Shown: positions 1-13,699 of the stretch, piece by piece
How the letters are laid out: the number at the start of each line of letters is the position of its first letter
Numbering within the stretch: the first letter of the stretch is position 1
Assembly: GCA_964016885.1 (NCBI GenBank)
Contig: OZ024740.1
Location: 375,472,001-375,536,000, forward strand
DNA: 64,000 nt
DNA from: Eledone cirrhosa
Lineage: Eukaryota
Direction of reading: 5' to 3'
Notes under the pieces: generated by a model
The model's input: only the letters and a program-made list of their open reading frames with translations
Told to the model about the DNA's origin: nothing
Databases searched by the model: none
Position numbers and translations under genes: made by a program

Positions 1-55
1 AATTTCGCGCCAGATCGCGTTAGAAAGTTCTTCAAACTAGGGGGGGGGGACTCAT

Positions 56-567
56 GTTGTTTTTTTCATATATGAGTGAAGTTTGGTTGGTTGATGTAGA
101 CACGTGAATAAGCACATCAACTCTCGCGCGAATTTGTTTGAATTTGTTTTACTTAAAAAAAGCGGCTCACGAAGGTTTTTTTTAATAAATGTAATTTCAT
201 TGGTTATAATTGAAATTATGCTGTCACGTGAACAAGTTCATTAAATTTCGCGCCCGTATTTGGGAGTTTATTTTGTAGCCTTTTAGAGAAATTTATGACA
301 AACAAAAGATAAGGGTCAAGAGAAATGGGGTGGGGGAATTGTTCTGGTTCAGTGTATATGGCAAGTTGTTTTTCATATATGAGTGAAGTTTGGTTGGTTG
401 TTGTAGTCACGTGAATAAGCACATCAGCTTTCGCGACAATTTGTTTGAATTTCTTTTTATTTTACTTAAAAAAGGGGCTCACGAAGGCTTTTTTCAATAA
501 ATGTAATTTGATTGGTTATAAATGATATTATGACTGTCACGTGAACAAGTTCATTAAATTTCGCGCG
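56..567. repeat. Diverged ~200-bp direct repeat (56-253 and 366-567); window start matches the end of a further unit
   Basis: Shared blocks tttcatatatgagtgaagtttggttggttg, cacgtgaataagcacatca, ggctcacgaagg and ctgtcacgtgaacaagttcattaaatttcgcgc; base 1 begins aatttcgcgc. Confidence 0.85.
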
Positions 568-739
568 TGTGCGTGTATGTGTGTGTGTTTGTAGGAAAAT
601 ATTTTGTGTGTTTGTAGTAGAAATATTTTTGAATGAACATATTTTCCTTATTTATTCGAATTTGTTCTGTTGTATTATCAGCGCAAACGTATGTTAAGGT
701 TTATTTAGTCCGGGTTTTTATTTTCTCAAGTAAGTGTTA

Positions 740-784
<45 letters not shown>

Positions 785-831
785 GTTATTCCGGGTTGAA
801 TCGGAGGTAACCACAGTAAGTAAGGTACTCA

Positions 832-1005
832 ATACATAGCAGAGTATAACAGTTTTAATATAGATGAGATTCTACAGGACTAGAACTGTTTCATTCATTA
901 GAAATCATCAGGAATCCCTGAGATTCCTGATGATTTCTAATGAATGAAACAGTTCTAGTCCTGTAGAATCTCATCTATATTAAAACTGTTATACTCTGCT
1001 ATGTA

Positions 1006-1006
<1 letters not shown>
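832..1006. repeat. Perfect inverted repeat (85-bp arms, 5-nt loop) between (TA)n tracts; pseudo-LTR-like fold-back
   Basis: 832-916 is the reverse complement of 922-1006; loop cctga. Confidence 0.95.
919..973 (+). ncRNA. Type I hammerhead ribozyme (family A); antisense copy at 868-916
   Basis: tgagattc-CTGATGA-tttc taat gaat-GAAA-cag ttctagtc ctg-TA-gaatctca: 8-bp stem I, canonical core, short stem II, 3-bp stem III extension, GUA triplet. Confidence 0.85.
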
Positions 1007-1039
<33 letters not shown>

Positions 1040-1051
1040 CACATATGTATG

Positions 1052-1140
<89 letters not shown>

Positions 1141-1499
1141 TAAGACATGTCTATAGAATCACCAGATAAAATATATACCATTTCCTCTCCCAATTAGCAT
1201 AATTAACCATATAAATAATCGAATAGACCAGGCTATAAGAATAAGGGTTCTATGAAGAAATCTCCAACAAATAACCGAAACTAACCCTTCGCGTCGGCTG
1301 CGACGGAATATTTATCGAATATTTCTACAGCGTAATAGCCCACTTATACAGTCAATTAAACAGAATTAGGTGTAAAATAAACTAGGAGAAATATGTATAT
1401 ATGTATATATATATATATATATATATACATACACACACACATAACACCTTCTACTTTAGGAAATAAAAATATGTATGTATTTTTACTTTGTTATAGTGT

Positions 1500-2050
1500 T
1501 GAGTCCATAAACATTTCTAATGTCCAGAACAACACGGTCTCATCACCGGGAATATGATAGGTTTATTTTCATGGACACTTTTATCATAGGCATCTGCATT
1601 TTATGAAGTTATTTCTGGTTCTACTTACTTTCTTTCCATCATTGTATGTTTGGCTTAGCGGAATTTGAGTCAGCGAGAAAATGTGTGAAAGAAGATTTAC
1701 TTAATATTCTTTTCTAACCTTTCCGAAGTATGCAATGCAATATCAATATAAAAAGGGACCCAATTCATCTGGATATATTTTAGGTTTATGGATTTCATCC
1801 ATATACCACTTTTGAAAAAACCTCCGTTCATGAGAACATTTCTCTCTCAAAATATTAACAGCTGATGCATTTTGATATAGAATCCAGTTTGTGATGTGCC
1901 CATGACAACTAATACATTCTTGATAATATTTCTCAGCATAGAAACTAACACGTGAATACACCTTCTGTAGTTATATATAGAACTGTATACATGTAAGTGG
2001 TTAAGTGAATGCATATAATAATATGCATCGTATTAAATTTTATTGGAATC
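1500..2050 (-). pseudogene. Degenerate piggyBac (PGBD4-like) transposase fragment
   Basis: Ordered remnants FYAEKY ... QKW ... IAYFGKV ... IPGDETVLFW resemble piggyBac TNxYA, P.FGKVMS and SxDESxxxWKG motifs; many stops. Confidence 0.4.
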
Positions 2051-2248
2051 CTTACTAAAGATGTTCCTCGATAAAATGCTAATATTGAAGAAAATTTGTG
2101 AAACAATAAAATATATTATTAATTAATTAATGGCTAATTTTTCACAGTAATGCAGAACAGGTTGAACATAGAAAATGGAATACATGAATACACACAGACA
2201 CACACACGTACACATATACGCATACATTCATGCATACATAAACACATG

Positions 2249-2342
<94 letters not shown>

Positions 2343-2540
2343 GATACATTTAGAACATATATGTTTATATGTAAATAATTATACACATTGGTGTATACAT
2401 ATATGTATAGAAATATTTATATATATGGGTATGAGTGTGCGTATTTATGAGGAACGTCAACAAGGAAAAACTACACAGCATATGGATATAGTACAATGAA
2501 GATATATATTAGTTTAACGTTATACATACACACACACACA

Positions 2541-2592
<52 letters not shown>

Positions 2593-2593
2593 T

Positions 2594-2666
<73 letters not shown>

Positions 2667-3431
2667 AATATATATGCGCATGTCGTGTATGTGTGTGTGA
2701 GTGCGTGTGTGTCCTTTGTATGTAAGTAGGCATAATATATATATATATATCAATATATACATATACGTATGTATGCGTGTCTTTGAGTGTGTGTGTGCTT
2801 CTCTATACATTCTAATCGAATAATTGGAAAAATAGAGATGGTTGACATATTAGATTTAAGTTTGATTCTTGCTTTCCTTTGTTTCTATGAAAGTATGAAA
2901 ATGTGTTTGTTAGAAATCTTTCTATTGTAAGCAGCTATGGTGCAGTTTCTACATGACTTCACACAATCCATATACGAATGCTTACACGTCAGTTTCAATA
3001 AACACCAAACTGGCTTACAGAGCTTGCCGAAATCTGATGAAGCTATACAAATTGTTTTCAATTCATTCTACCGTAAGCTCCCTATAGACCCAAATATTTG
3101 AGAGTAAACAGTAAAGTTAAAAGTAAGTGGTTTCTGCAAAAGCGATGCACATGTTCGTATATCGATCAATGCACTCGACATATTGAGAGCTGACCAATTA
3201 CTAATTCAAGTGACGTCTGCATGAACGTTTTATTGAAGTTTCAAAGAAAAACTTTCCTAGAAACATTCAAAATCTATAAACGTATGTTTTTACTATTCCT
3301 ACTTCAAGAAGATATAACCTTCAGCACAACACGCACTCATATACAATCATCCACAAAGTTATACATACTTATACTGATGTATGTAAGTGTTTATAAGAGA
3401 TACGAATGCGGTATGTATCTCTCTCTCTAAT

Positions 3432-3470
<39 letters not shown>

Positions 3471-3914
3471 GTATACATATATATGTGTGTAGGTGTGAGT
3501 GTATGTGTGCGTGTATGAGTGCATGTGTGTGTGTGTATGTGAGAGCGCGTGTGTGCGTGTGTCTGTATGGTTATGTATGTGTGGTTATGTATGTGTGGGT
3601 TAGTGTGAAACTGGAAATGTCAACATCATATTCTAATATTTTAATTATGCAATGTAATCATGAAACCAGCTGCAGCCACTAATCATTGATAGGATGCGAC
3701 GGGACAGTTGAGAACGGCCAGTAAATTGTGTGTATTAGTGCAAAAACAAGTCGAAAATTAAAGGGGCGGAATGACATAACCTATTTTCCCTCCCCTTATT
3801 TGTGTATGTTTATAAATCAGTAGACTAATAGAAGGGTAAACTTGACGAACAACAATTGAATTATTTCGTAGGGAGATTAACAACGCTTTGTTAAACAATA
3901 AATCATATATATAA

Positions 3915-3945
<31 letters not shown>

Positions 3946-4113
3946 ATGAAATAATAAATAGATAAATAGATAGGCATATGTGTAAATAGTTAGATAGATA
4001 GATTGACATATATAGTTATAATGATATCAATGGGCAGGAATAAAGTGCACACACCCACACACAGCGGCCCACAGACACACATACACACATACACACACAT
4101 ACACACACGCGCG

Positions 4114-4152
<39 letters not shown>

Positions 4153-4269
4153 ACAATAATAATATTAATAATAATAACGAAATTATTGTGCAAAGTGCTC
4201 AGGTGCACTACAACTCGTCAAAGGTGTATGTATAGTACATAGAATAATACACAAATGTCAGGGAAGTGA

Positions 4270-5085
4270 GTAGTGTAATGGTATACATGTGTATATGTGT
4301 ATGGAGAGGGAACATTAGCTGTAGTGTTGGCGGATCTCGGGAAGCATGGAGGCCTTAAAGGATGCAGTGTCTCGACAGCTAACAACTGATGCAGGTAGTT
4401 TGTTCCATGTTCAGCAACTCTGAGCGTGAAAAAATGTTTCCGAAAGTCATGGGAACTGTGCTGTTTTCTTACTTTGTGGGCATGCCCACGTGTGTTAGAC
4501 ACATGGAAATCAAAATGGTACTCAGGGTTGTTGTTGGCAACATGGTTAACAATTTGTGGGTGTTTACCAAGTCAGTTGCCAGGCGTCGGAGCTTCAATGT
4601 ATCCATGCCCAGGGAAGCAAGGCGCTCAGAGTATGGTAGATGCCTGATGGAGGGTATTCGCTTGGTTGCACGTCTCTGAACAGTTTCTAGGCGGTCAATG
4701 TTCTGAGCAAGATAGGGCTTCCAGACTGGTGATGCATATTCTAAGTGTGGTCGCATCATAGCCATGTACAACCTTAAATAGATATCCGGAGAGCGGCTGA
4801 CAAAGGTCTTGCTGAGTGATGCTAAGACACCCTCGGCCCTCTTGACAATTTTAGAGACGTGCTTCGTCCAACGCAAATCGCTGCTGACCGTAATGCCCAG
4901 GTCACGTTCACAAGAAGACTTCTTGATATTAGTGCTGTGGAGGCAGTATGTGGACGCTGGGTTTTTACTCCCCAAATGCATGGTGGTGCACTTGTCCACA
5001 GCTAGCTTGAGTTGCCAGTCTGAGATCCATTGTTGCATTGTGTCCAGGTCAGACTGAAAGCAAGATCTATAGTGTTCAGGATCTG

Positions 5086-5088
<3 letters not shown>
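4270..5088 (-). mobile_element. CR1/L2-like LINE 3' fragment (RT C-terminus and 3' UTR)
   Basis: ORF 4469-5155: QSDLDTMQQWISDWQLKLAVDKC, ERDLGI, RPHLEYASPVWKPY, LETVQRRATK; 4218-4502 frame RKHFFTLRV. Confidence 0.9.
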
Positions 5089-5150
<62 letters not shown>

Positions 5151-5286
5151 ATCAATACTCATTTTTTTCCATTTATCTGAGAGTTCTAAACCTCATTATT
5201 AGGCTAAAATTTCTTTAGTCAAAAATACGGTGAAAGCTATTCTATTTTCTAATTTCAAACCTGCTCACTGTTTCAAAACATACTTA

Positions 5287-5368
<82 letters not shown>

Positions 5369-6396
5369 TACATATAAGGGACATTTTTACGAAGGTTGTA
5401 TCTAGCATGCAGACTTAAAATTATAGTATACATAAACAGACACAGGAAGACACGGACACACTCACACATATGTATATGTACATTGCTGTTGTTAATTTTA
5501 TTGCTGATTCGTCAGTTGTGAATGGGCAAATTCCTTGTCCCTTTATCTTGTTCAAATTCTCCACGACATATAAGGGAACGGAGAAAATCGTTATTAAATC
5601 AGAATCTGCACACAAATGTTTGTAACAGCTACAATCTCTGATTGTTTTAACATGGGTGTTGGATTAAGTCTTTCACCAACAACCAATCTACATAACATTT
5701 TCCTCTCATTTTAAGAAGCTTGCATGGGATTTCTATAATTTAAGTAATGCAAATTGTGATTTGTCAAAACGTTTAAAGTTTAAACCAGTCTTTTCACTCA
5801 GTGATAGAAATCAGGTTTACGTCTATGTTTAGCTTCAAATAGAGAATTCTCAGCATTACTTGACCGTTTAATGAGAAATTGGATACTTTGTTCTATCCAC
5901 ACTATTCGATACAGAATTTTGTATATCAACAGTATCCAAATTTCAAATGGGACTAAGCATTCTTTTGTTTTACTAAATCAAATTCCCATAAATTTACGCA
6001 TATGTCGATTTTTAATCCATGTACTATTTCTATTATTTAGTTAATCAATCTGTCGAGGTTAGTCTTGCTTTTCATCATTACGGGTCTGATAGCACCAGTA
6101 ACGTACGGTAATATTTACTCGGCTTTACCCTACTCCAAATTTGTTAGCCTTCTGCTTAAATCAGAAACCATTATTAGTTATACGTGTTCCGAAAGATGCA
6201 TTGTTATGCAAATTAGGGGAGATTAATTTGCATATAATTAAATTGGAAGGGGTTATAATAATTTCGACTGACAGGTTTCTCATTATTTTTCCTTCAATAA
6301 TAGAGATAGATAATTATACGAATGAACTAACGATAACATTATCATATATCAGTTTATAAAATTATTATGTAGAGAAATGAATGTTGCACATTATTA

Positions 6397-6572
6397 TCGG
6401 TAGAGCGTCAGGCAACATGCTTTGCATCATAGGGTTATGGCCCTTTAGGTTCTGAGTTTAAACCGCGGCGAGCATTGCTTTGCCTTTCATCCTTATGGGG
6501 TAGATAAAATAAAGTACCAGTAATGCACTGGGATAAGTGCTGGCCATGTGACAAAAGTAGAAACAATTATTA
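6397..6572 (+). mobile_element. tRNA-derived SINE, degenerate (partial copy also at ~6053-6175)
   Basis: tcggtagagcgtc...tgagtttaaac...ttgcctttcatcc...ataaaataaagtaccagtaa...aaagtagaaacaatta, matching 47316-47502. Confidence 0.85.
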
Positions 6573-7613
6573 TGCTTTTTCTTCTAACAGGGAGAGGAAA
6601 AGTTATGTATCTTAACTATATTAATGTAAGGAGTGCGGGACTACGTACGGTTTATTTCATTTAATCCGGTTAAGTTGGATTACTTTGAATAAATAATGAA
6701 TGAATATTACATAATGTATGTATTAAATTTCGTAATGTTTCATTAAATTTAACATAAATAATTTTATTGCTTATTTAAAATTAACTTCTTTTCAAAGTTT
6801 CAAATGTTTACACTTCCGGTATATCGTCGCTACCACCACCACTTCAACTACCATATATATATAGAAAGAGAAGGTGTGTGATGAGAGAGATACAGAAATA
6901 TAGAGGTATTATGATTTTCAACACGCCGACGAGTATGTGTGTGTATGTGCACTTACATGCATCTATATGTATGAGTATATAACTATTATGAGTATATAAC
7001 TATAATCGCGCAAACGCAAACATATAAAAATACACGCTCACGGACATACATTCACATAAATACACATACTTTCACACATATACATTTACACAAACACACA
7101 CATACTCTCAGGATAGCAGGGTTCGATGAATTGGAAATGGGAGGGTAAAATAAGTAAGAAGTTTTATTTATTTATTTACAACACAGTTTAACTCTTTTTG
7201 TTTAAAAACTTATTTGTATAAAAATCTAATATAATGGTTACAGAACGAAAACAATAACAAATATAGTATATACAAAGGAAAGGAAAAGTAAAAAAAGAAA
7301 GAAAACAATACACAAACACGTAATACACACTTTTTAGACCACATAGAACAAAATGTAGGTGAGAAAGTGAAAAAACGAGACGCTACCAGAACAAAAGTTA
7401 ACAACATAGCGAGAAGCACTGGGAAAACTCTCTAAAAGTTTTTGAGGCAAGCCAGCACGCTCGCAGCGTTACCTGGAGTGATAGCGAGGCTGAGGTGCTG
7501 GAACAACCAAGTGCCCTGACTAGCATCACCACTTACCTCTGTTTAGTTAGTTGGTAATAGGAAAGTGTGTGTATGTGCGCGCTCGTGATTTTGTCGGCGT
7601 TCTTAAATTAGAG

Positions 7614-7662
<49 letters not shown>

Positions 7663-7774
7663 TGTGTGTGTGTGTGTGTCACTGTTTTAAAGTTAGAGAT
7701 ATATATGTGTGTATCCCTTTCGTTCCTTTTACACACACATACATTCAAACAAACACACATATATATTGTGTGAT

Positions 7775-8400
7775 GGACGGGTGGACAGAAGTCCCTCAAT
7801 TTAATATACATGCGAATGGAACTCTACTGAAGAAGTTAATGGAGTCCAAGTATCTTGGAGCCGTGTTCATGAGTGATGGAATGCAGGAGGCTGAATGAAG
7901 TGCAAGAATTGCAAATGCTGATGCAGCAATGCGGCAGCCTCAGCATTCAGCAATCCGAAGAAAGGGTATACGTAAAAGCCAAACTTGCTGTCTTCCAGGT
8001 ATTCCTGCCAACTCTTACCGAGGATCATGAATCTTGAGTAATGACCAGAAGAATACAATTTGGAGTAATCTTACTCGATAAAATGCATAGCTCAGCGACC
8101 AGATATTCACTCCTGGCAGAGCCGTTACTCCTCCGAATTGAGAGATTATAACTCCGATATTCTGAGCATGTGGCTCAGTAAAGAATTGCTGGACATATTT
8201 TACAGGCAAAACCAACCGGCAAGAGACCCAGAGGTAGACCCTGAGCAAGATAGTTGGATAACATATATGAGCTTGGCTGGTCATGCTTTGGGATCCAGGT
8301 GGATCAGTTAGAGATGATTACTTCTGACAGACTCGCTGGAAGGTGTGTCTGAGAAGGGCTCTGCCCCCATGACCCTCTCAGAAATAAGTGGGCGAAGAAG
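7775..8400 (+). mobile_element. RTE-like LINE 3' fragment, degenerate
   Basis: Frame reads KYLGAVFMSDGMQEAE*SARIANADAAMRQ, typical of the RTE RT C-terminus; later ccagaggtagacc (PRGRP-like). Confidence 0.7.
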
Positions 8401-9969
8401 TTATTGTCAATTTACTTTTCAACTTACATATATATATTTACGTATAATACCAACATGCACACTACATATGCTAGCAGAGAACCGCCCGCCGGCGGAATTT
8501 TCGCTAGTTCCAATAATTTATCAAATTTCGTAAATAATATATTTTTACGTAAACTCTATATGCGACAGACATTTCACCTGCATCGGGATTAACTTATTTT
8601 ATTATAATCCATGTCAAATATTGTTTTCTTGACTTTCTTACATCATTGAACTTAACGTATTTAACAAAATGAAAGTTACTTCTTAATACGACATCCTAAA
8701 ATTGTCTCTGCAGTTTATTATGTTTTGCGAATTATACGTAACAAACTTAAACCTGGAAAATAGCATTGGACATTACAACAACAGAATTCGATATATCTAC
8801 AGGATCCAAATTTCAAATGGGATTACATATTTTTCTCTTTTTTTTTTCTTTTACTAAATCATGCTCGTAAATTTACACGTATGTTTATCCCCAACCGTGT
8901 AGTATTTTTATTATTTAGTTATTTAATCTCGTCGAGCACATCTATGATACATGAATTTAGAAATATTAAATTTCTAATGAATTGCGAGTAGTATATTCAG
9001 TTGTGATATATGATTTCATTATTAGGAACCACAAAAAGTTTTACATCAATGCTACAAGTTTTATTGAAGAAAGAAGAAACTGCCAAAGGATATTTGAAAC
9101 AAGTCGGCGACAACATCGTATCACCTATCACACTTAATATCCAATCTGGTTTTTATTTTTTTTCACACCATCTTCCCCCTTTTAATTCATGTCTTAACTA
9201 CACATAGGAACCACAATTCCCATCTCTAGAAATAAAAAGAATATGCACTCGAAATCTTAACATATGATCTTAACTCAATGGTACAGCTTCTTTGACCGCT
9301 TACAGCGAATTACATTACTCTTCATATAGAACACTGAGTGAAACTACTTGCAAGATTCCACATCCAGATGCATCAACCGTTGAACATACACCTACCAAAC
9401 ATGAAAACACGCACATGCACAATGTACGTACTCATACAAATGTATAACCCGAAATGATCCCCATTATATACATAAAATACTCCCATTGTAAATAATACAC
9501 AGACAACTACTACTACAAACGTACATATCTAAGTTAATAAAGAAAGTTCTACACAGCCCGCAAACACACACACTTAGAATTATACAAAACTAATCACGCA
9601 CGTTTACACTTCAAATTATACCAACCCATATATCAACACAGTCATACATTCGAAGGCAAAGTTCAAATACACACACAATCACGCACACACATACGCATCC
9701 AAACAAAAACACACATACATATATATATGGTGAGAGACAGGCCCACATCACGTATAAGCAAATCTCCCTCTTCACACAATCTATAGACCCACCGATAGTC
9801 CTAAAATAAACAACACACACTTGCACACAAACACAACTCATAGATGTGTTCAAATTTCACACATTTATATACGAAAAAACATGGCCCTTGCCAAACTCTT
9901 CATTCATAAACACACATTATTAATCATCCTAAAACTTCTCACCAATTTTCAAAAGGATAAATTAATAAT

Positions 9970-10271
9970 TGTTTCTACTTTAGGCACAAGGCCAGCAAAT
10001 ACCCAGTGTATTACTGGTACTTTATTTTATCGACTCCGTAAAGATGAAAGGCAAAGTCAACCTCGGCGGGATTAGAACTCAGAATGGCAAGGGCCGTAAC
10101 TCTATGCGTCAAAGCATGGTGTCCGACCCTCTACCGATACTGCCAATTCACCGTCCTAAAGGATAAATTAATAATTGTTTCTACTTTTGGCACAAGGCCA
10201 TCAATAACCCAGTGCATTACTGGTATTTTATTTTATCGACCCCGTAAGGATGAAAGGCAAAGTTAACCTCG
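9970..10271 (-). mobile_element. Two tandem SINEs (full 9970-10157; 5'-truncated 10176-10271)
   Basis: Reverse complement of the SINE consensus; target ggataaattaataat present three times. Confidence 0.9.
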
Positions 10272-10829
10272 GGATAAATTAATAATAACCAGGAAATATT
10301 GCAGTATTCGCAATCCCCCCTCCCACACTTCCTACGAATGGTGAACATATAATATTTCATTTTGTCATTACATTTTGCATTCTTATTTAATCTAATGTAG
10401 TGTCCATTTTATTATTATATTACAGTTATACATTTTGTGCACTTTTTTTTTATATTAATTTCATCATGTATTCTGATAATTTATCTCATGGAGTATTGAG
10501 AAGTATATATTAATAGATGTATGGTAGATGACACTCTATTTTGCTTTTAATTATGCATATAGGCATATGAGGATATCATATTCTATATCGAAAGAAAATC
10601 TATAGGAATGCATTTTACCGTAATTTCCAAATTTGGTTGCCTGTATATATACGAAAGAGTGTGCCAAGTCCAGAAGAAAATATGTGTCTATTCTATTTTA
10701 ACGTGTTATTTCTTGTATATTATTCATTATATTATGACTCACTATTTGTTCACATTTGATATACCTAAGTATTTTCGAGAACACTAATAAAAGTTGTATG
10801 AAAATGTTTCATCCTGAATTTAATAGTAA

Positions 10830-11455
10830 TTGTTATGGACAGAGAAAACGCTGTCACAAAAGTGTTGGGTGGAGGAAACAGCACCTGCATTGTTTTGGTG
10901 GTATACTACCACCGTACAGGCGTACCATGGTGCACAATCAACGGACGAGACTAGAATGCATGTTTTTCTGGTTTCAGGAAAAATAATGAGTCATACTGCA
11001 GCTATCGTCTGGTGAAATCGCGATGATATGGCTAATAATATGCAGAAACGTTAACGTACCTGCATATTTACTTCGAGGACTGCGACGAAGGTGATGAAGA
11101 GGGCGAAGACCAACCAGTGTGCGCTTAACTGCACCAACTCTTCCCGCAAATCGAAACCTTAACCGAACTGCAGTCCTCAGAAAAGCGTGGACCAAGTTTG
11201 GTTCCATTTACCGAGGGTGTTGCCAGATGCGCTCAGTGTTTCATCAGCTGGGTGCCACGCTGCGTGGTTAGAAAAAAACACATCTTTTCATGATATAGTA
11301 GTAGTAGATGGTATGAGCAATGATAGCCTGCTGGAGGCTCTAAATGTCGACGTGATCAGTCTGAATAGATTGATCTGGAAGCATTTAATTTGGCAATTAT
11401 GGGAAATTTATAAGAACCTTTGACATGGAATTACTACAGTGGGGCACTACCATTT
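10830..11455 (+). mobile_element. Old L1/Tx1-like ORF2 C-terminal fragment
   Basis: LFPQIETLTELQSSEKRGP and SLLEALNVDVISLNRL align by eye to FSQLVSLTELQSWVKKRP and DALGETLGVDEVELTSL in ORF 28145-28537. Confidence 0.7.
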
Positions 11456-12990
11456 TTAAACAGTAGATAACGAATATCGTATACACACTAATACATTTAA
11501 TTGCATACCATATAGATTGAGATATATTTCAGATATATTTCCATAGGCTAATGAAGGACAGGGAAAAAAAATTATTCTGTTTAACTAATTTACTTTCTGT
11601 TTGAGAAAATTTATTTCAGCTCTTCCTATATATTAATAGCAGAAACTACATAAGTTTTAAAACTTTGTATGTATTTTTGCTTATATGGTTTGTTTCATTA
11701 TATATTGTCCAGTGGACTGTTATATATATATATATATATATAACATGGAAATAGCAGAAAATATAACATCTAAACACTTTTGGCAAAAGCTCCATAAGGT
11801 GAATGAAGCGTACAGTTTTATGAGAATTATGTGACAGAATATAGCTGATTTTATCCAAACCAGTACGTATGGTTTGATTAATGTATTCTTATAATACACT
11901 GCAACTATATGCAAGAGGAATGGTTGCATCAACTTATCTCTTCCAAGTTGACCAGTATCCCCAAAACGGAATTCAATAAAACTATGTTTGATCCTTTGTT
12001 TTTTCCAAATTCGATGGGTGAAATATTAAATGACAAACTTGATTCAACTGCGTATTGAACATTGTTACCATTGTCCTCCCACTCTCAATACTTAATGCAG
12101 TTATATGTTTGTCATAGTCGTAATTTTCTATCAAATATGTAAATAAATAATTAAATAAAGACAAAATGAGACCATTTATCTATCAAATAATGCATTCTTG
12201 ATATATTTTCGATTATAGTGGCAAATAAATGCGTCCAAATCAAGACTTTTCAAAATGACTCTTTTCAGGGCCTCTCAAAAAGGAGAGAAAGTTGTTTGCA
12301 AAGCAAATATATGGACCGATTACTTATCACAGATTGTCCTCCAATAATCACCCAAAGGCCAGGTTCACGTATTAAACTGAAGAAGAGTTCAGGTAGACAA
12401 TGCTGGGATTTCAAAAGGCGCAGGAACAAATACCACAATGCATCGTGTCCAACAATAACAATTTCCCAAATTTCTTTTCTAGAATGTGGATTTCATTTTT
12501 TTTTCCAAGAAACACACAACACACACACATAGACACACACACCACACAAACACACAAACTCACACACACATACAAACACACATACATACACACACAGTTA
12601 TACATATATGTGTGTGTGTGAGTGTATGTGTGTGTATAAAGAAGAAAGGGAAACATCTCATGTAGTCCCAGACGTAGAGGGAAATCTAAGGGGATTGAAA
12701 TATGTTCGTTATTTTAAAAAAAATCACTTATAACGAAGGTCCATTCTGACTATACCGCCTTAAATTGCTACACAGTGCTTGGGTAACCCCAGACTACCGA
12801 AGCTGGCTGCATTGCTTCTTTCTTACTATCTGTAGAATACTGAAAGAAATTATGATTTGTGAATTGTTAGGACATATTTCGGCTAGCAATAATCAGAGAC
12901 TTGGTCTCTCTTTGTCATGCGGAGTGCTCTGATGAGCCATTTTTGTACTTTTGCATTTACTTTTCCTTGATATAGAAACTCACACACACA

Positions 12991-13073
<83 letters not shown>

Positions 13074-13153
13074 GGGGGGGGGGTATGGATGTGTATGGGT
13101 GTGTGTGAATGTATGTATATATATATATATTCCTTTGTTGGATAAATTCCGGA

Positions 13154-13211
13154 ATACTTGATGATGTCACAGGATTCATACTGAACCCGGTCATTGAAAT
13201 GTTCATAGTAT
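13154..13211 (+). ncRNA. Minimal hammerhead-like motif, degenerate, in a short insert between (TA)n tracts
   Basis: atac-TTGATGA-[imperfect ggattca/tgaaccc stem II]-GAAA-tgttca-TA-gtat, followed directly by aataaa. Confidence 0.6.
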
Positions 13212-13255
13212 AATAAACCTTTAAGGAATTATACCAGTCCAGACTCCTGTTATTT

Positions 13256-13299
<44 letters not shown>

Positions 13300-13699
13300 T
13301 TCTCTTCTGTATTCAACATTTCTACAAGTATTCGTCTACAAATTGAACTGCCATCACTAATGTTGCCACGCTTGAAATCGTACCTGTCGTCAAGTCGCGT
13401 ATTTGATCCACTTCACCGATAAATATTCTGTTCTAAAATAAAAAAAAACATAGCTATATAAAAAAAAATTTACAGGCGTATATAACAAACGTTTAATTCC
13501 AAAAGTAACTTAAGTACAAGTCTTAATAGCGCATACCCATCCCCGTAAACAATTTAAGTAATATAGATATAAATGAATGCCTACAGACGAGGTGTCTTAT
13601 ATAACATGTTAACTATAGATATTTGTATATAGTGCAAAATATAATATGGGACTACATTAAAGACCGTCAAATACTACACATCCCCACCAAAAATTAAGA

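Larger units (their letters stand above)
5880..8935. repeat. Dispersed diverged duplicate pair (~5880-6055 and ~8755-8935)
   Basis: Shared acagaatt...atccaaatttcaaatggga...ttactaaatca...tattatttagtta. Confidence 0.7.

Noticed and set aside
1135-1175. Minus-strand ctggtga..gaca hammerhead candidate
   Set aside because: Both core halves are mutated, and the related copies at 51.4 and 51.9 kb do not restore them.
10756-11423. GC-richer segment as a host exon
   Set aside because: It has multiple stops, and its peptides match the Tx1-like ORF2 C-terminus at 28.1-28.5 kb.
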